A stretch of 64,000 nt of DNA from Adineta vaga (lineage: Eukaryota; Animalia; Rotifera): assembly GCA_021613535.1 (NCBI GenBank), contig CP075493.1, positions 9,362,001 through 9,426,000 on the forward strand. Reading direction: 5' to 3'. The notes below the pieces were generated by a model. The model was not told where the DNA came from, did not search any database, and saw only the letters and a program-made list of their open reading frames with translations. The position numbers and the translations under genes were made by a program. How positions within the stretch are numbered: position 1 is the first letter of the stretch; each line of letters starts with the position of its first letter. This document shows positions 27,831 through 40,267 of this stretch, one piece after another.

Positions 27831-29173
27831 GATCTAAAACTAAAATTCCATGGATAAGATATCGTTTAAATGAATAACCGATGTAGAATATCATTCATTT
27901 GTCAAGTGACCTTAAATCTCAATACTGACTTTAACAGATGTGATTTATTTCCATAAATGGTTATTGATATAACAAGCATGATTTCATATAACGGATCAGA
28001 TTTATTCTTATCCAAAAGAATTATGTTTCTCCTTGTTGATGTAATGAATAACGAAAGAACGAAATCAGTAGTTTGTTAAGGTGATCGTGATCGATCGATT
28101 GTTTAATCATTTAAGGTGATTTCACTGATGATTTGGTTGGTTCGTACATTTTCATAGATGACTGATTGTACAAAAGAGGTCATTATACGTCAAGTTCACG
28201 TTTGATTTTTTTATGTTCTTAGTTGGTTTTTTTCTAATATCTATCGTCAATGTATTTTGCAAAGTATTTCACCACATAATGATAACTATAACTAACGTGA
28301 TTCTTTTTTTGTAAATTCAAAACTACTCATTTATTAAATCTAATCTGGAGAAACAGAACATCTGTTATGCTATCAAATTTGTTAAATATGCCCGATGCTA
28401 TATATAGTTATGACAAATTGTAAAGCGTATTTCAATTAACTATATGATAATAGTTTTGCAGGAGATGACAACTTATTTTGTAATCATCAAAAAAAGACAT
28501 GAAACGAGTAAAGTTTATTACGCATACTTTTCGTTTATATTCATTGGTGTTACGTAATATGGCGTCGAAAAAAACATGTAACAAGGTCTTTTTCAATCGT
28601 CTATGATTAATCTTTATTTGTGCTACGATTGAATGCCTTATATTTGCGATTACCTTGTTTGATAGCTAGAAAAACAAACTTTCAATTAAAATGATTTATA
28701 TAAAATAGATAAAAATGTTACATCAATATGAATTTAGTAACATAACGTTTATTATGTTCATTAATCACAAGTTTCTGTTCTTTTTCATGATAATTATTAC
28801 ATTAAAAATACATATTTTCTATGTTGATTACCTGTCAATATGATGATCTAAAAAAATCAGTCGATATGAACGATTTTTACCCGTAGACATTCATTATATT
28901 GATGTTTGACAATGACAACTATATGTTAACAGAAGAAAAAATAGAATAAATCAAGGTGAATATATAGCTCGCAGCTCTTTTTCTTCAGAGTGCCAGCGTA
29001 GACTTCGAACTAGAAATGACTGACTGACTAATTTGACTAGAAACACATATATTATGAAATTCTGAAGTCAATAGAAAGAACGCGTTATTTCATATATAAT
29101 TTATTAAAACTGTATAATGAAAACTTAAGAAAAAAAATTCAAAATATTCTATAAATTAGTTAATGTAGGAGTT

Positions 29174-29786
29174 TTATCGCATGAAAACTCGAGGTATTCG
29201 ACGAAGGTGACGACGAGCTGATACATGCACTATAATATACACGATAATAAAAGCTAAACAGAGAACCAATTCGATACAAGCAAATGCCAATTGTGCACTG
29301 AGAATCTTTGGTTTTTCGAATAGACTCGGCAAATATTCTTTTCCATCTTGAACAGCTTTTGCATCTAAACCAATCAAAATAACAGCAAAACAAGCAGCAA
29401 TAATCGTTGTAATCAAAGCAATTTGAGCCCATAGACGAACACTAGGCATATAATCTAAAGAGAATTTTTTTAATTAAACATATAAAAACATTTCATCCTT
29501 TACTTATCAATAGAATGATAACAGCCGCAATAGAAAAGAATACACTACACCAAATACCGGCACCGGTTGCTGATGTATTTCCAAAAATATCTTTATTTGT
29601 ACTTTGTGCTAATGATGCGACTTCTAAAGCGCCAATAACTAAAATACATATGATCATGCCAACTGCCAGAATAGTTGAAATAAGATACGGCCATCTTAAT
29701 CTCCATGCAATGTCAACTGGTGATCTAGATTGATATGGACCTATCGGACGACTTCTTCGAACATAATAAGGAGCACTGCCAAGCAT
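29174..29786 (-). CDS. Four-TM MS4A/CD20-like membrane protein (copy 1)
   Basis: Two exons (intron 29455-29503); four hydrophobic helices, with GAGIWCSVFF at TM2. Confidence 0.7.
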
Positions 29787-30346
29787 ATTCTTAATAGTAT
29801 TTGTACGTTAAATGATGATGATGATGTGAAAAAAGTGAGTGAAAGTACTACTATATATTACTCCAGGTCTTTGACGATGATCAACAATCAATGACGCATA
29901 TCCTTTTTCTCTGCTTTACCTTACGTTCTGATAAATGTTATTGATATTTTTAGCGAAGAATTGGTACGTGTGTAGGTATTTATATTTCATTAATTGAAGC
30001 CTATTAGTAGGAAAATATTGATGTACACACTACTAAAGAAAGAGAAATTTTTTTTTAACGAAACAAGGTTATCCTTCACACAAACTGTATAATTTGATGT
30101 CTATCTCAATAGTAAACACTCCTGTATCATTTATACGAGAATTAAAATACTATTGGTATGCGTTTGCATATCAAAATGAAAATAAAAAGAAAACTATATA
30201 ATTAATTGTATGATTTGTTCTAGTAAAAATGCAACAGAACATTTATGAGCAGAAAAAAAAACTATATTAAGCTATTAATTATGTTTTGATAAAATCGGTG
30301 GAAAACAAGCGAATGAAAGAGATAGTTATTAATACTTCATATGCTT

Positions 30347-30985
30347 TTAGTAATAGTCTGATGATATACGAGTTTCGGATGAAAAAAAGACGCTGATATA
30401 GATCATAAAAAATATGATACATTGTGTGAGAATGAATAGAGCGATTGAAAGAATAGCAATGATCAATTTATATTGAATAGGATATAAATCTTGATTGCGT
30501 TGAACTGAATTGGCTGAAAGACCAATGAGAACAATGGTGAAGAAGAAAGCTAATGTAACAGCAATTAAAGCAAATGTTGCTGCAATACGTTTGTTTCGTG
30601 TGAAAACTAAATATTAGAAAACAAAATCAAACAGATTCAAATCAATATAAAGAGAATGTTACATACTGATTATAAGTATACAAATAGAAGCCAAAAATGA
30701 TATAGATCCACACCAAATTCCAACACCAACTTTTGAAGGATCCATTCCTAACTTTTCGACATTGTCATCTTTATTACTTTCAATAGATACATTGGCGATT
30801 TCAAGGGCGATAACAGCTGCACTAGAGAACATCATTAAACTACCAAGAAGTACTGATCTGATAGTTGGCCATGTATCCAACCAATTTGAATCTAATACTA
30901 TTGGTTGGACTATTCTTGTTTTATGACCGGGATAACTATAAGAAAGTCCAGAATATGTCGGAAATAATACTTGTTGTGTCAACAT
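30347..30985 (-). CDS. Four-TM MS4A/CD20-like membrane protein (copy 2)
   Basis: Two exons (intron 30607-30666); WP...LE.A motif and GVGIWCGSISF; exon 2 IFTRNKRIAATFALIAVTLAFFFTIVLIGLSA...FFSSETRISSDYY*. Paralogous to 29174-29786. Confidence 0.7.
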
Positions 30986-31515
30986 GTTTTCAATGAATAG
31001 AATTTCTTTTGCGAATGAGTTCTAGTCAAACCTAATATTTGTGTATTTAAATATGTATGAACATAATATTTACTGATAATATCTGTATTGATAAATTTAT
31101 GATACTTTTTATAGTCAGAATTTTTGCGATAATAGACAATATCACACCTTTCTTTCTTTTTGTTTTTCTCCTTGGTTAGCGTTTTGTCTACACAGAAATT
31201 CGATCACATCGATAAATATTTCAATACTCATTTGTAAAAAATTATACAATTCCATTTTTTTTCTAATGATTCGCTCAAAAAATTTGACGATTAGAAAGGA
31301 AAGTTTACATAAATGTCTTTACGTTGCTAATTAGCATACAGAAAGTTTGATGGTATTCATGAAAGAATGAAAATAGTTACATTATTTACCATCCTTTTCA
31401 GAGACTTTTTTTGACGTAAAAAGAAAATAGTCATCAAGTGTTTCTTGTCGAAATACATTCTACTTTTAACCGTCGTCATGATCAACATTTAAATTCGTAC
31501 AGAACTAACAACAAT

Positions 31516-31701
31516 ATGGTTGATGCATCAAGCTGCTGTCGAACAACTCTTCTGATTATATTAATTATATTTATTCCACCATTGGCTGTATTTTTCGTTC
31601 AAAAAGAATGTACTTCAGTTGTGGTACTCAACCTTATACTTTATCTACTTTTTTGGATACCCGGTGTTATTCATGCACTTTATGTAATCTATTTTAGTTG
31701 A
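31516..31701 (+). CDS. Pmp3/UPF0057 (RCI2/YqaE-like) proteolipid, 61 aa
   Basis: LLIILIIFIPPLAVFF...NLILYLLFWIPGVIHALYVI is the Pmp3 signature; intronless. Confidence 0.93.
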   Translation: MVDASSCCRTTLLIILIIFIPPLAVFFVQKECTSVVVLNLILYLLFWIPGVIHALYVIYFS

Positions 31702-31795
31702 ATTTATTTCTTTGTTACTGAATAATAATTACATTCATAAGAAACATATATATATATACATACATAAACAAAACTAATACTTTCATTTATTACGA

Positions 31796-34700
31796 TTATA
31801 AAGGACGTATACCACCGGATGGTTGACGAGCAAAATAAGGTCGTGATGTTATTGTAGGTGTTTGTTGTTGCTGTTGTTGTTGTGTTTGAGTAGGAGTCAT
31901 TGTTAAAAGTTCCTGTTGTCTCATTACACACCGACATGTACAATCTTTTTCTGGGCAAAATCGATGTTTTAATTCATCCGATGAAAACCATCCATGCATG
32001 TGTGTTAAATGACCACCATGACCACAAACAGCACAGAGAAAATGTTGACCTAAAACAGGTTGTAAACAAATTGAACAAATTATATTCGGTTTTGTTGCTA
32101 GTGCTGGTGCTGTTGTTGGTGGTAGTGTTGCTGCTACTGCTGCTGTTTGATTGAAGGGTGCTGGTGATTGACAATTATGATCAATTTGAGACAAGATTTG
32201 TGTGCGTCTGTAAAAATGTTTCCATCGATGTAATAAACATGCATAAGCATATAGAATAGGATCGTGATTATGTTCATTAACTAATTTGGATTGAATTTTA
32301 GTTTTTAAATACGGTGTTTGAGACATTGTTAAAAGAAACATACTAGCAGATTGAATATCACCATTAACAACATAACTCGAAACAAGATGTTTAATTAAAC
32401 CTAGAAGAAAGAAAGAAAACGGATTTATTTTATTTCTGAAATTTATTTACCTTGTGCAATTGGTGTTTGAAACCAAGAATCATTTGGATCTAAATTGGTT
32501 TGTATAGATAATAAACCACCAAGTAAACGCCAACAATGTGCTAAATCATCTTTACCCATTTCTTGTGTTATATGTTCATTGTTTTCACACATATCAATTG
32601 CATTTGTAAAATCAATTTTATAATCATCAGCTAATTTTCTACTCACAGGTAATAGAATGGAAACATCATAGATTGAAACAGTTGAAGGTGGATGAATCAA
32701 ATGACCAATAGAACGACGATATGATGCTAAACGTTGATGATCAGTAAAACTAGTTGCACCCATTGTCGAACGTACCGGTGCTGAAAACATTGGTACGCGT
32801 TGATTATTCGACATTTGTTGAATTTGAATTGTACTTGTTGTCGGAGGTCGATAACTTGATTGATCAATCGAAGTGGAATTTTCTCGACTTTTACCTACAG
32901 TTAAACTTGTTGAACGCATAGGTAAAGATTGCGGTCGATTCATCGTTCCATCATTTAATGTACTTAAAACCGTAGCTGAATTTGTTTGTTGATTATTCGA
33001 TATTCGACCAAAACATATCAGATAGGTTCCACCGGAAAAACGAGCTCCACATGTACGCCAACTACTTGGAGCGATGGATATATTAGACATCTGGCTATCA
33101 CTTGTACGTGTTGAAGATGATGAAACACCAAATACTCGATTCGATGGATGATTATTATTATTATTATTTGTACCGGAATTATTTGTATTTACTTGTGATA
33201 ATCCACTTAATGATTCGATTTCTGAATTTGTTAATGATAGATCACGCTTTTTATTTGCATTATTTATTGTCATAGCTGCAGCAGAAATAAATTTTTCTTC
33301 TTTATAGTAAATATCAAAAAGATTTTGTAATTTTATTAAACATTTATGTAAGCATAATTGACCATGATAGAAGCAATTATACGATGTTGCATCAAACATC
33401 GACTGCATACGATTTTGAAATATTTTAAATTGTTCACTATGATAAATAGTCGATGTTTTGAATCGAACAAATAATTGTGATATAGTTGGATAATGACGCG
33501 AAAAAGTAAGATAGATTCGAAATATAAAATTATTATCCAATGGATATTTACAACGAATTATACAGATACGACGTTGTTCATCTTTTCCTTCAATAGATAT
33601 ATATGGTTCATAGGTATCATGTAAAGAATTGAGTTCATTAGCAACTGATACTACCGTTACGGTATTATCACTTCGATCGGGTCTACAAAGTAGAAGAAAT
33701 TAATTATATCGTAATGAAAATAATTGACTACGAATAATTCAATCAGATTATATTGATATGAAATCTATTTATGTACTACTTACATCATTTGATAGTCACT
33801 ATTGTGACTTGTATCAGACGATTCCATCGTATTCGGTGGTGATACTGACATTCCTTGAAAAGCATTGTCATTATCTTCATCAGAATTTTCATTATCTGTC
33901 GCTTCGTCTTTGATAGCATCCATAGTCATTACTGTCGAACTACTTCGAGTCATTGGTTGTTGTCGAGATAGATTCGATGATGTTCGTGGTAAACTTATTG
34001 AATTTGATGAATCAGATAGACTGGTTTGTTTCTGTCGTGTTTGTTGATTATTCCAGGCTTGTCGAAATGTTGAATCCATATCAACTAAAGATAGATGTCC
34101 ATCACGACACCAAGTTAGTAAAACAAAACGATTCGTTGTGTCATCATTGAAACGTGCCGTTGAAGAATTTGTAAATAAATTCAGAAAACGAGCATTTGTT
34201 ACGAGACAAAAGTCAACAATTGATGTTGGAGTGGTTGTTAATATATGATCAGTCAAGGGTCTTAAATATTGATCTTCATCACAACGCCAACCAACAAAAC
34301 CATATGTGGCGGACATAGTATCACGAGCGGCACAAACAAATAGATTATCATAACCGGTTGTATGAATCTAATTTGAAAGCAGAAGAAGAAGAAAAAAACC
34401 CAATGTATTCATTTTTCTTTTTTTGAATTCACAAAAATAATTCATACTTTACTAAAAGCATACGAAGATTGTTCAGTTGGTAATGATTCAGCAATGTGTT
34501 GACCTTGTGCCGAAAATAATCTAATAGAATGATCTAACGAAAGTGTTGCAACTGAACGATTTTGTTTTGTCCAATCCATACTAATGATACGTTGCGTATG
34601 TTCTAAATCAGTTGAAGACAATAAGCATGAATCGGCTCGTCGTATATCATAGATTCGTATACATCGATCACATTGAACTGCTAATTGATTTGAATTATCA

Positions 34701-35463
34701 GGTTTGTTTGTAGCCCATTGAATACGACGAATACTAAATGGTGTTGAGAGAGTAAATCGAAGACTAGCAGGACTTTTTGATGAATAAAGTCGAGTGTCCC
34801 ATACTTGAACTTGGCCATCAAGTGAACCCGTTAATAACCAAAAAGGATCATGAGGTGAGTACGATATAGTTGAAATAGGACGCTAGAAAAAGATAGAATA
34901 ATAATTTTTTCAATTAACCTAATCAGATTGATTAATCATGGTCATAATGTCAAGGCGTCAGTGGTGTAACGGTTAGCATGGTTGCCTTCCAAGCAGCCGA
35001 CCCGGGTTCGACTCCCGGCTGACGCATTTCCTTTTTTTTTGTTTGGTTTTTCACGTACCTGATGATGAGAATCAATAAAAGTATTATATTCATTTATACG
35101 TGATTGATCAATAGCATAGATACGAACAAGACGATCAATAGCAACAGCATATTGATTTTGTTCCATATGATTCCATTGAACAATAGGTCGGTTAATATTA
35201 CATTCATCAAATAATGGTAGAAATTTAACATCAGATATAGGTGTCATAAATGCATTTCTATCATCTCCAGCAGCATTTTCAAATTGTGAAGAAACTGTTT
35301 CGACATTAATAAATGCTAAACTATGATTGTTGACAAGCAAAAGACGTGATTCTTGATCATTAAGTACAAGTGAATGACAATCAAAATTAAGAAAAGTTTT
35401 GCCTGTATCAAAAGTATGGCAATGGTTCGTTGATGTACTATTATTTCGTTCATATAACATCAT
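31796..35463 (-). CDS. WDR59: GATOR2 subunit WDR59 (Sea3): WD40 + RWD + C-terminal Zn finger
   Basis: WD repeats (LLTGSLDGQVQVWD, IRIYDIRR, VATLSLDHSIRLF); RWD-like FRIYLTFSRHYP; WRTCGARFSGGTYLICFGR; MCENN...LAHCWRL; GDIQSASMF; C-terminal CSIC...CAVCGHGGHLTHMHGWF...CPEKDCTCRC. Confidence 0.9.
34955..35026 (+). tRNA. tRNA-Gly (anticodon TCC), antisense within a WDR59 intron
   Basis: 72 nt with acceptor stem GCGTCAG/CTGACGC, A-box TGGTGTAACGG, anticodon arm GTTGC-CTTCCAA-GCAGC, T-arm CCGGG-TTCGACT-CCCGG and discriminator A. Confidence 0.97.
35032..35040 (+). terminator. RNA polymerase III terminator (T9) of the tRNA-Gly
   Basis: Oligo-T run starting 6 nt after the tRNA 3' end. Confidence 0.8.
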
Positions 35464-36373
35464 CTCTAAAGAAAGAAGAATATTAGTTTTAAATGATATA
35501 CTTTGTCTCATGAATTTTCTTATACGAAAGATTATCGAATGAATTAAATCAAGTCAATTAGAAAAGAACAAACGAACATACCTGTGAATATTTGTGTAGT
35601 GTGTAGAATTCTAGATCATAAAATAGTGTAAGATATTTGACAAAATGTAAGAATAATTGCGTGAACACAATCTAATTAAATCGATGTATTGAAGATTTCA
35701 ATTGATAAAAAATATATATTAGTTGTTTTTGATAGATGTTGGAAAGTATGATAAAAATATTCGAAAATAATAATTTAATAATCGGTTTAAGAACGAAATG
35801 TTTCTTTTTTTATCTGTTATCATTTGCTCATCATCATAGTCTTGATCCTATGATGATATACTGCGATTCTAATCTAATTTGAAAAAATATATACAATGAA
35901 TGGATGCGTCTTATAGCCATAGTATATGACTTTTCTAAAGAGGTCGCACTTCCACACTTACGGATAAGATACAATACTGTTGATACTTGTGTTGGAGTTT
36001 CTGTACGTAAAGTGAAGCTTATAGATCTACAATATTAGTTTAAACTGTGTGACTCAACTGATATGTGTATTTTCAAAATAATAACATTAGATTGTGAGGC
36101 GTATGCATGGTTCAATGCTCTACCTAATGAGCGGTTTTTGATACGACTCAACAAACAATTAAACAGTATAAAAGACAATAAAATTATCTACAATCCTTCT
36201 ATCAGTCAGGTTCTTTCATCCACACTACAATCCTCATCTTCATGTACATATAAGAATCATCATGAAATTTAAAAAAAAAAGTACAGAAATTTATGGAAAT
36301 ATTCAATTTACGGGATATACACATCTAGTTATTGATATCTTTTCGTTCATACAAAGAAAATAGTATTAACTAA

Positions 36374-37225
36374 TTAGACAAGAGTAGTTGAACCATTAGG
36401 TAAAATGGCGCCTTGCAGACTGAGTGCTGCAGCTAATTGTTGAGGTGTAATTTTTGCTCCTAACAAATTTGAATAATTGAACATTGCTTGAGAGACATCG
36501 GTATTTGTCCAATCAGTTCGTTGTAATGATGCATAACTGAAATCAGTCTGTGAACAATTCGATTCAAGAAATGATGATTCATCCAAGATCGAATATGAAA
36601 AATTGCTTTGGTGTAGACTAACACGTTGTAATGTGATATTTCGAGCAACAACATTAACGAATTGCAAGTGATTATAAAATGAGCCAGGTGTAAATACGAG
36701 TGATGACAAATCTGCATGTGATATATTGATACGATTTTGAACACCACTATCAATTAATAATTGTATAAGTAAAATCTTTCGTGCTGGATCAAGTTGTCTT
36801 AAAGCATGTAATGTTTTAGTACGAATAACTAATGATACACGTTCATCATCGTTATCATTATCATCATCATGTATTTTAACAGTGTCTTCATCTTCATCAG
36901 ATGTATCATTGAAATGTTGTATTGTACTATATTTAAATAGTAAGTCAGATAGATCTTTTTCGTAAACATTCAATATCATTTGTTTTTGTTGATCATGTAA
37001 TAATTCCATGTCTTGCAAACGATTATTAATAGCAATTGTTTTTGAATTTTCATTTTGACGTTCACTAAGATTTTGTTGTTGTAATGGAAGAACAATTGTT
37101 AAAATACCAACAACAAGTGGTATAAAAAGTGTTGATATAAGAGTAAGCCATTCATATGCGGAATGATGTAAACATCCTCTACTTAGTATTGTTCTTGTAG
37201 AAGATGCTTCTTCCATAGGAGTCAT
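36374..37225 (-). CDS. Membrane-anchored pentapeptide-repeat protein, bacterial-type, intronless
   Basis: TM helix WLTLISTLFIPLVVGILTIVL; RTKTLHALRQLDPARK; A(D/N)L/F-type pentapeptides (HADLS, SNFSY, TDFSY, ASLQR, SNLLG); C-terminal ITPQQLAAALSLQGAILPNG. Confidence 0.85.
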   Translation of the reverse strand: MTPMEEASSTRTILSRGCLHHSAYEWLTLISTLFIPLVVGILTIVLPLQQQNLSERQNENSKTIAINNRLQDMELLHDQQKQMILNVYEKDLSDLLFKYSTIQHFNDTSDEDEDTVKIHDDDNDNDDERVSLVIRTKTLHALRQLDPARKILLIQLLIDSGVQNRINISHADLSSLVFTPGSFYNHLQFVNVVARNITLQRVSLHQSNFSYSILDESSFLESNCSQTDFSYASLQRTDWTNTDVSQAMFNYSNLLGAKITPQQLAAALSLQGAILPNGSTTLV

Positions 37226-37868
37226 TACTTGAAGTTCTACTATTGTAATAAGAACAAAAAAAGGAAGAATATTGCTATATGAATGATTAAACTATCTTTT
37301 TATATAAGCAAATAACCTTTTTCATTTTGTTCTATTAAGTATTGGGCATTTGAAAAGAGCACATTACTTCATGAAAATAATAGCACAATGTTATAAAAAA
37401 AAAGTAAATAAGAAAGAGCATGTACAAATCTTCTATTCACATGGTATACTTTTATAACGATAGAATGATAGATTGTAAGAGCATCAGATTAATCATCATT
37501 CCATTTTTCTTTGTAATCTTAACAAGATTTCCAATAGGCGATAGATCACTTTTATTGTCAGAACAAGAAAAACGCAAATTACTTATCTATTAGTCATCAG
37601 AAATCAATGATATTATATTCTATCAGATGTTCTTTACACCCACTATATTGCGTTTTACAGTTAACTTTAGTCAAAACATTATATTGATACGTTGTTAACT
37701 GAATGATAGTCAATTAAATTTTCGGTTTTGTTGTATTTTAAAAAGATAACAAAAACTAGGTTTTGTGAAATCCTGCTTGTATATTTGCTTTTCATAAGTC
37801 TATCATGTCGACGTAAAGTTGATGTTATCTCTTACCTACATTCTATTTTATTCTTGTCGACTTCGATA

Positions 37869-40267
37869 ATGCATCTTGTGCTAGTTTTGTTACTAATAGT
37901 GCAATGTTACTGTGATATACAAGTTTCAATAGATCAAATAAAGGGCGAATATAATGTTACTATTGGTAATCAAGTATGGCTTCGTTCTGCTAGTACTTCG
38001 CTGTATGTTAATAATCGATGGTACTCATCGAATAATGGTTCTCTTCCTTTGATTGATTCACGAATGGTTCAAGGGAATGATCCTATTTTAGGTGCATGGA
38101 ATGAAACTCAATTAATCTTTAATTTGACTCTAGATAGTACATCTGTTAATGTTACTGGTCAAATACGTCAATGGGATACTATACCAGCATTAACATTCCA
38201 TTTAAATACCGGTGGACAAGTATTAACGAATGATATTGTTCTCAATATGACGAATGTTCGAACAGTATTTCCATCGTTTAAAATTGAACAAATTGATACG
38301 AATGATCATCGAGGTTATTTTACTTTTGAAGGTATGTATTTGTTTTTCTTAATTTCTAGAAATTTGATTAAAATGTATGTGTAGGTGTAATGATGGGTTA
38401 TGATGAAATACATGCAGGTCTTTGGACTTCATCAAATACAGTTATTAAATCAGGTATGGAAGCAGGTCCTGTCGTACTTTTTAATCTAACTCAACGTGGA
38501 CAAAATGATGCATTAATTTTATCACCATTTTCCCAATTTATGGCTACTTCATTGAGTCAACAGAGTAATATCTTACAATATGGTGTGATGGGTTCTATAT
38601 CAACGATTCCAGCTAATTATAATCACTCAATGATTCTTTTTTATTCATCAAAAGGTATCAATGATGTTGTCCATCAATGGGGTGTTACAATGCAACGAGC
38701 ATATAATCGAAATAATCAATATCGTCTTAATGATATTACCATAAATTATCTTGGTTACTACACCGATGGGGGTGCTTATTATTATTACAATACAGAAGGA
38801 AGTTTGAATTATCAAGAAACAATTTTATCAGTTCATCGAAAATTAACACTTCCATATCATTATATTCAACTTGATTCATGGTTTTATTATAAAGGTTTAA
38901 ACGGAGGTGTTAGTCAATGGCAAGCAAGGCCAGATATTTTTCCTGATGGTCTTCCATTCGTGTATCGTCAAGTGGAAAACACTCCTCTTGCAGCACATAA
39001 TCGTTATTGGGCAATCGATACTGTTTATTCGGAAAAATATGCTTTTCTATTCGATAATATCAGTCAAATGTCTCTTCCAATTGGTAATGATACTTTTTGG
39101 ATTGATTTATTAAGTGAAGCATCAAATACATGGGGTCTTATTATGTATGAACAAGATTGGTTACACAAGCAAACATCAAATTTTAAACCATTACATACTG
39201 ATATTCTTCTTGGCAAACAATGGTTATTATCAATGGGTGAAGGAGCAGAAAAAGCTAATGTTAACATTCAATATTGTTCACCTTATCCTCGTCATGCATT
39301 ACAAGCTCTAGAAATACCACGAGTAACACAAGCAAGAGTTTCATCGGATTATACATCCACATATTGTTCGTCAAGAGAATCAATGGGATATTGGTATGAC
39401 AACGATGTTAGCAGATGCACTTGGTATAGCACCATTCAAAGATGTTTTCTGGTCGACAACGAATGAACCTGGATCTTCGTATCATCCAACTCCAATGGAA
39501 CCACTTCCGGATCGAGAAATTCTGATGGCAACTCTTTCAACAGGTCCTGTCGGATCAGGTGATGCAATTAATTATACTAACGTTGAACGTATCATGCGTT
39601 GTTGTCGAAAAGATGGATTAATCTTAAAACCAGATCGACCAATATCAATGATTGATTCATTCATTGCTGATTGGGCAGAAAACAATGGAAATAGACAAGG
39701 AGAAATTTATTCAACTCAAACAACAATGTAAAGTTATTATAATTTTGTAATATATAATACTTTGATTTTTGTTCTTATAGAAATAATCAAATATTCTACA
39801 TCATATTTGCATCTACAATGCAAAAAGACTATGTAGTTTATCCTTCTACAATTGGACTTCAATCGGGTATTATTTGGTCCTATGATAATGTCAGTCATTT
39901 TTTACCGTTTGATGATAATCATCCTCTTCACATAACAGCCGATAGCTGTGGTAATACTTCGTTTTGTCTATGGTATATTTCACCTCTATGGGAATTTAAT
40001 AATACCATACATACAAAGTATGCTCTCATGGGTGAATCGAATAAATGGACATTTGTTAGTCGACAACGATTTAGTACAATTGAGACTAATTTAGAAAAGA
40101 CTGAGACAACTATTACAATAGATGGTTCACCTTCAGAATTGGTTGCTTTAACAATCTATCAATCAGAAATCGGTATCGAATCTCTGGATTGTATTCTTTC
40201 AGCAACTAGCGGCCAAGCACGTTTGATTATTACAACATCGACTATTACATGTTTTGGAATTCATTAA
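37869..40267 (+). CDS. Secreted glycoside-hydrolase-like protein (putative clan GH-D TIM barrel), interrupted by a +1 frameshift at ~39357 in this sequence
   Basis: Signal peptide MHLVLVLLLIVQCYC; introns 38332-38384 and 39728-39780; motifs GYYTDGGAYYYY, YIQLDSWFY, FPDGL, YEQDWL, QYC, RVSSDY, PFKDVFW, LSTGPVGSGD, CCRKDGLILKPDRP; many N-glycosylation sequons. Enzyme class is inferred. Confidence 0.72.

Noticed and set aside
34942-35058. C-terminal extension of ORF 34942-35511 (…GNASAGSRTRVGCLEGNHANRYTTDA)
   Set aside because: Read-through into the WDR59 intron; it is the antisense translation of the tRNA-Gly.
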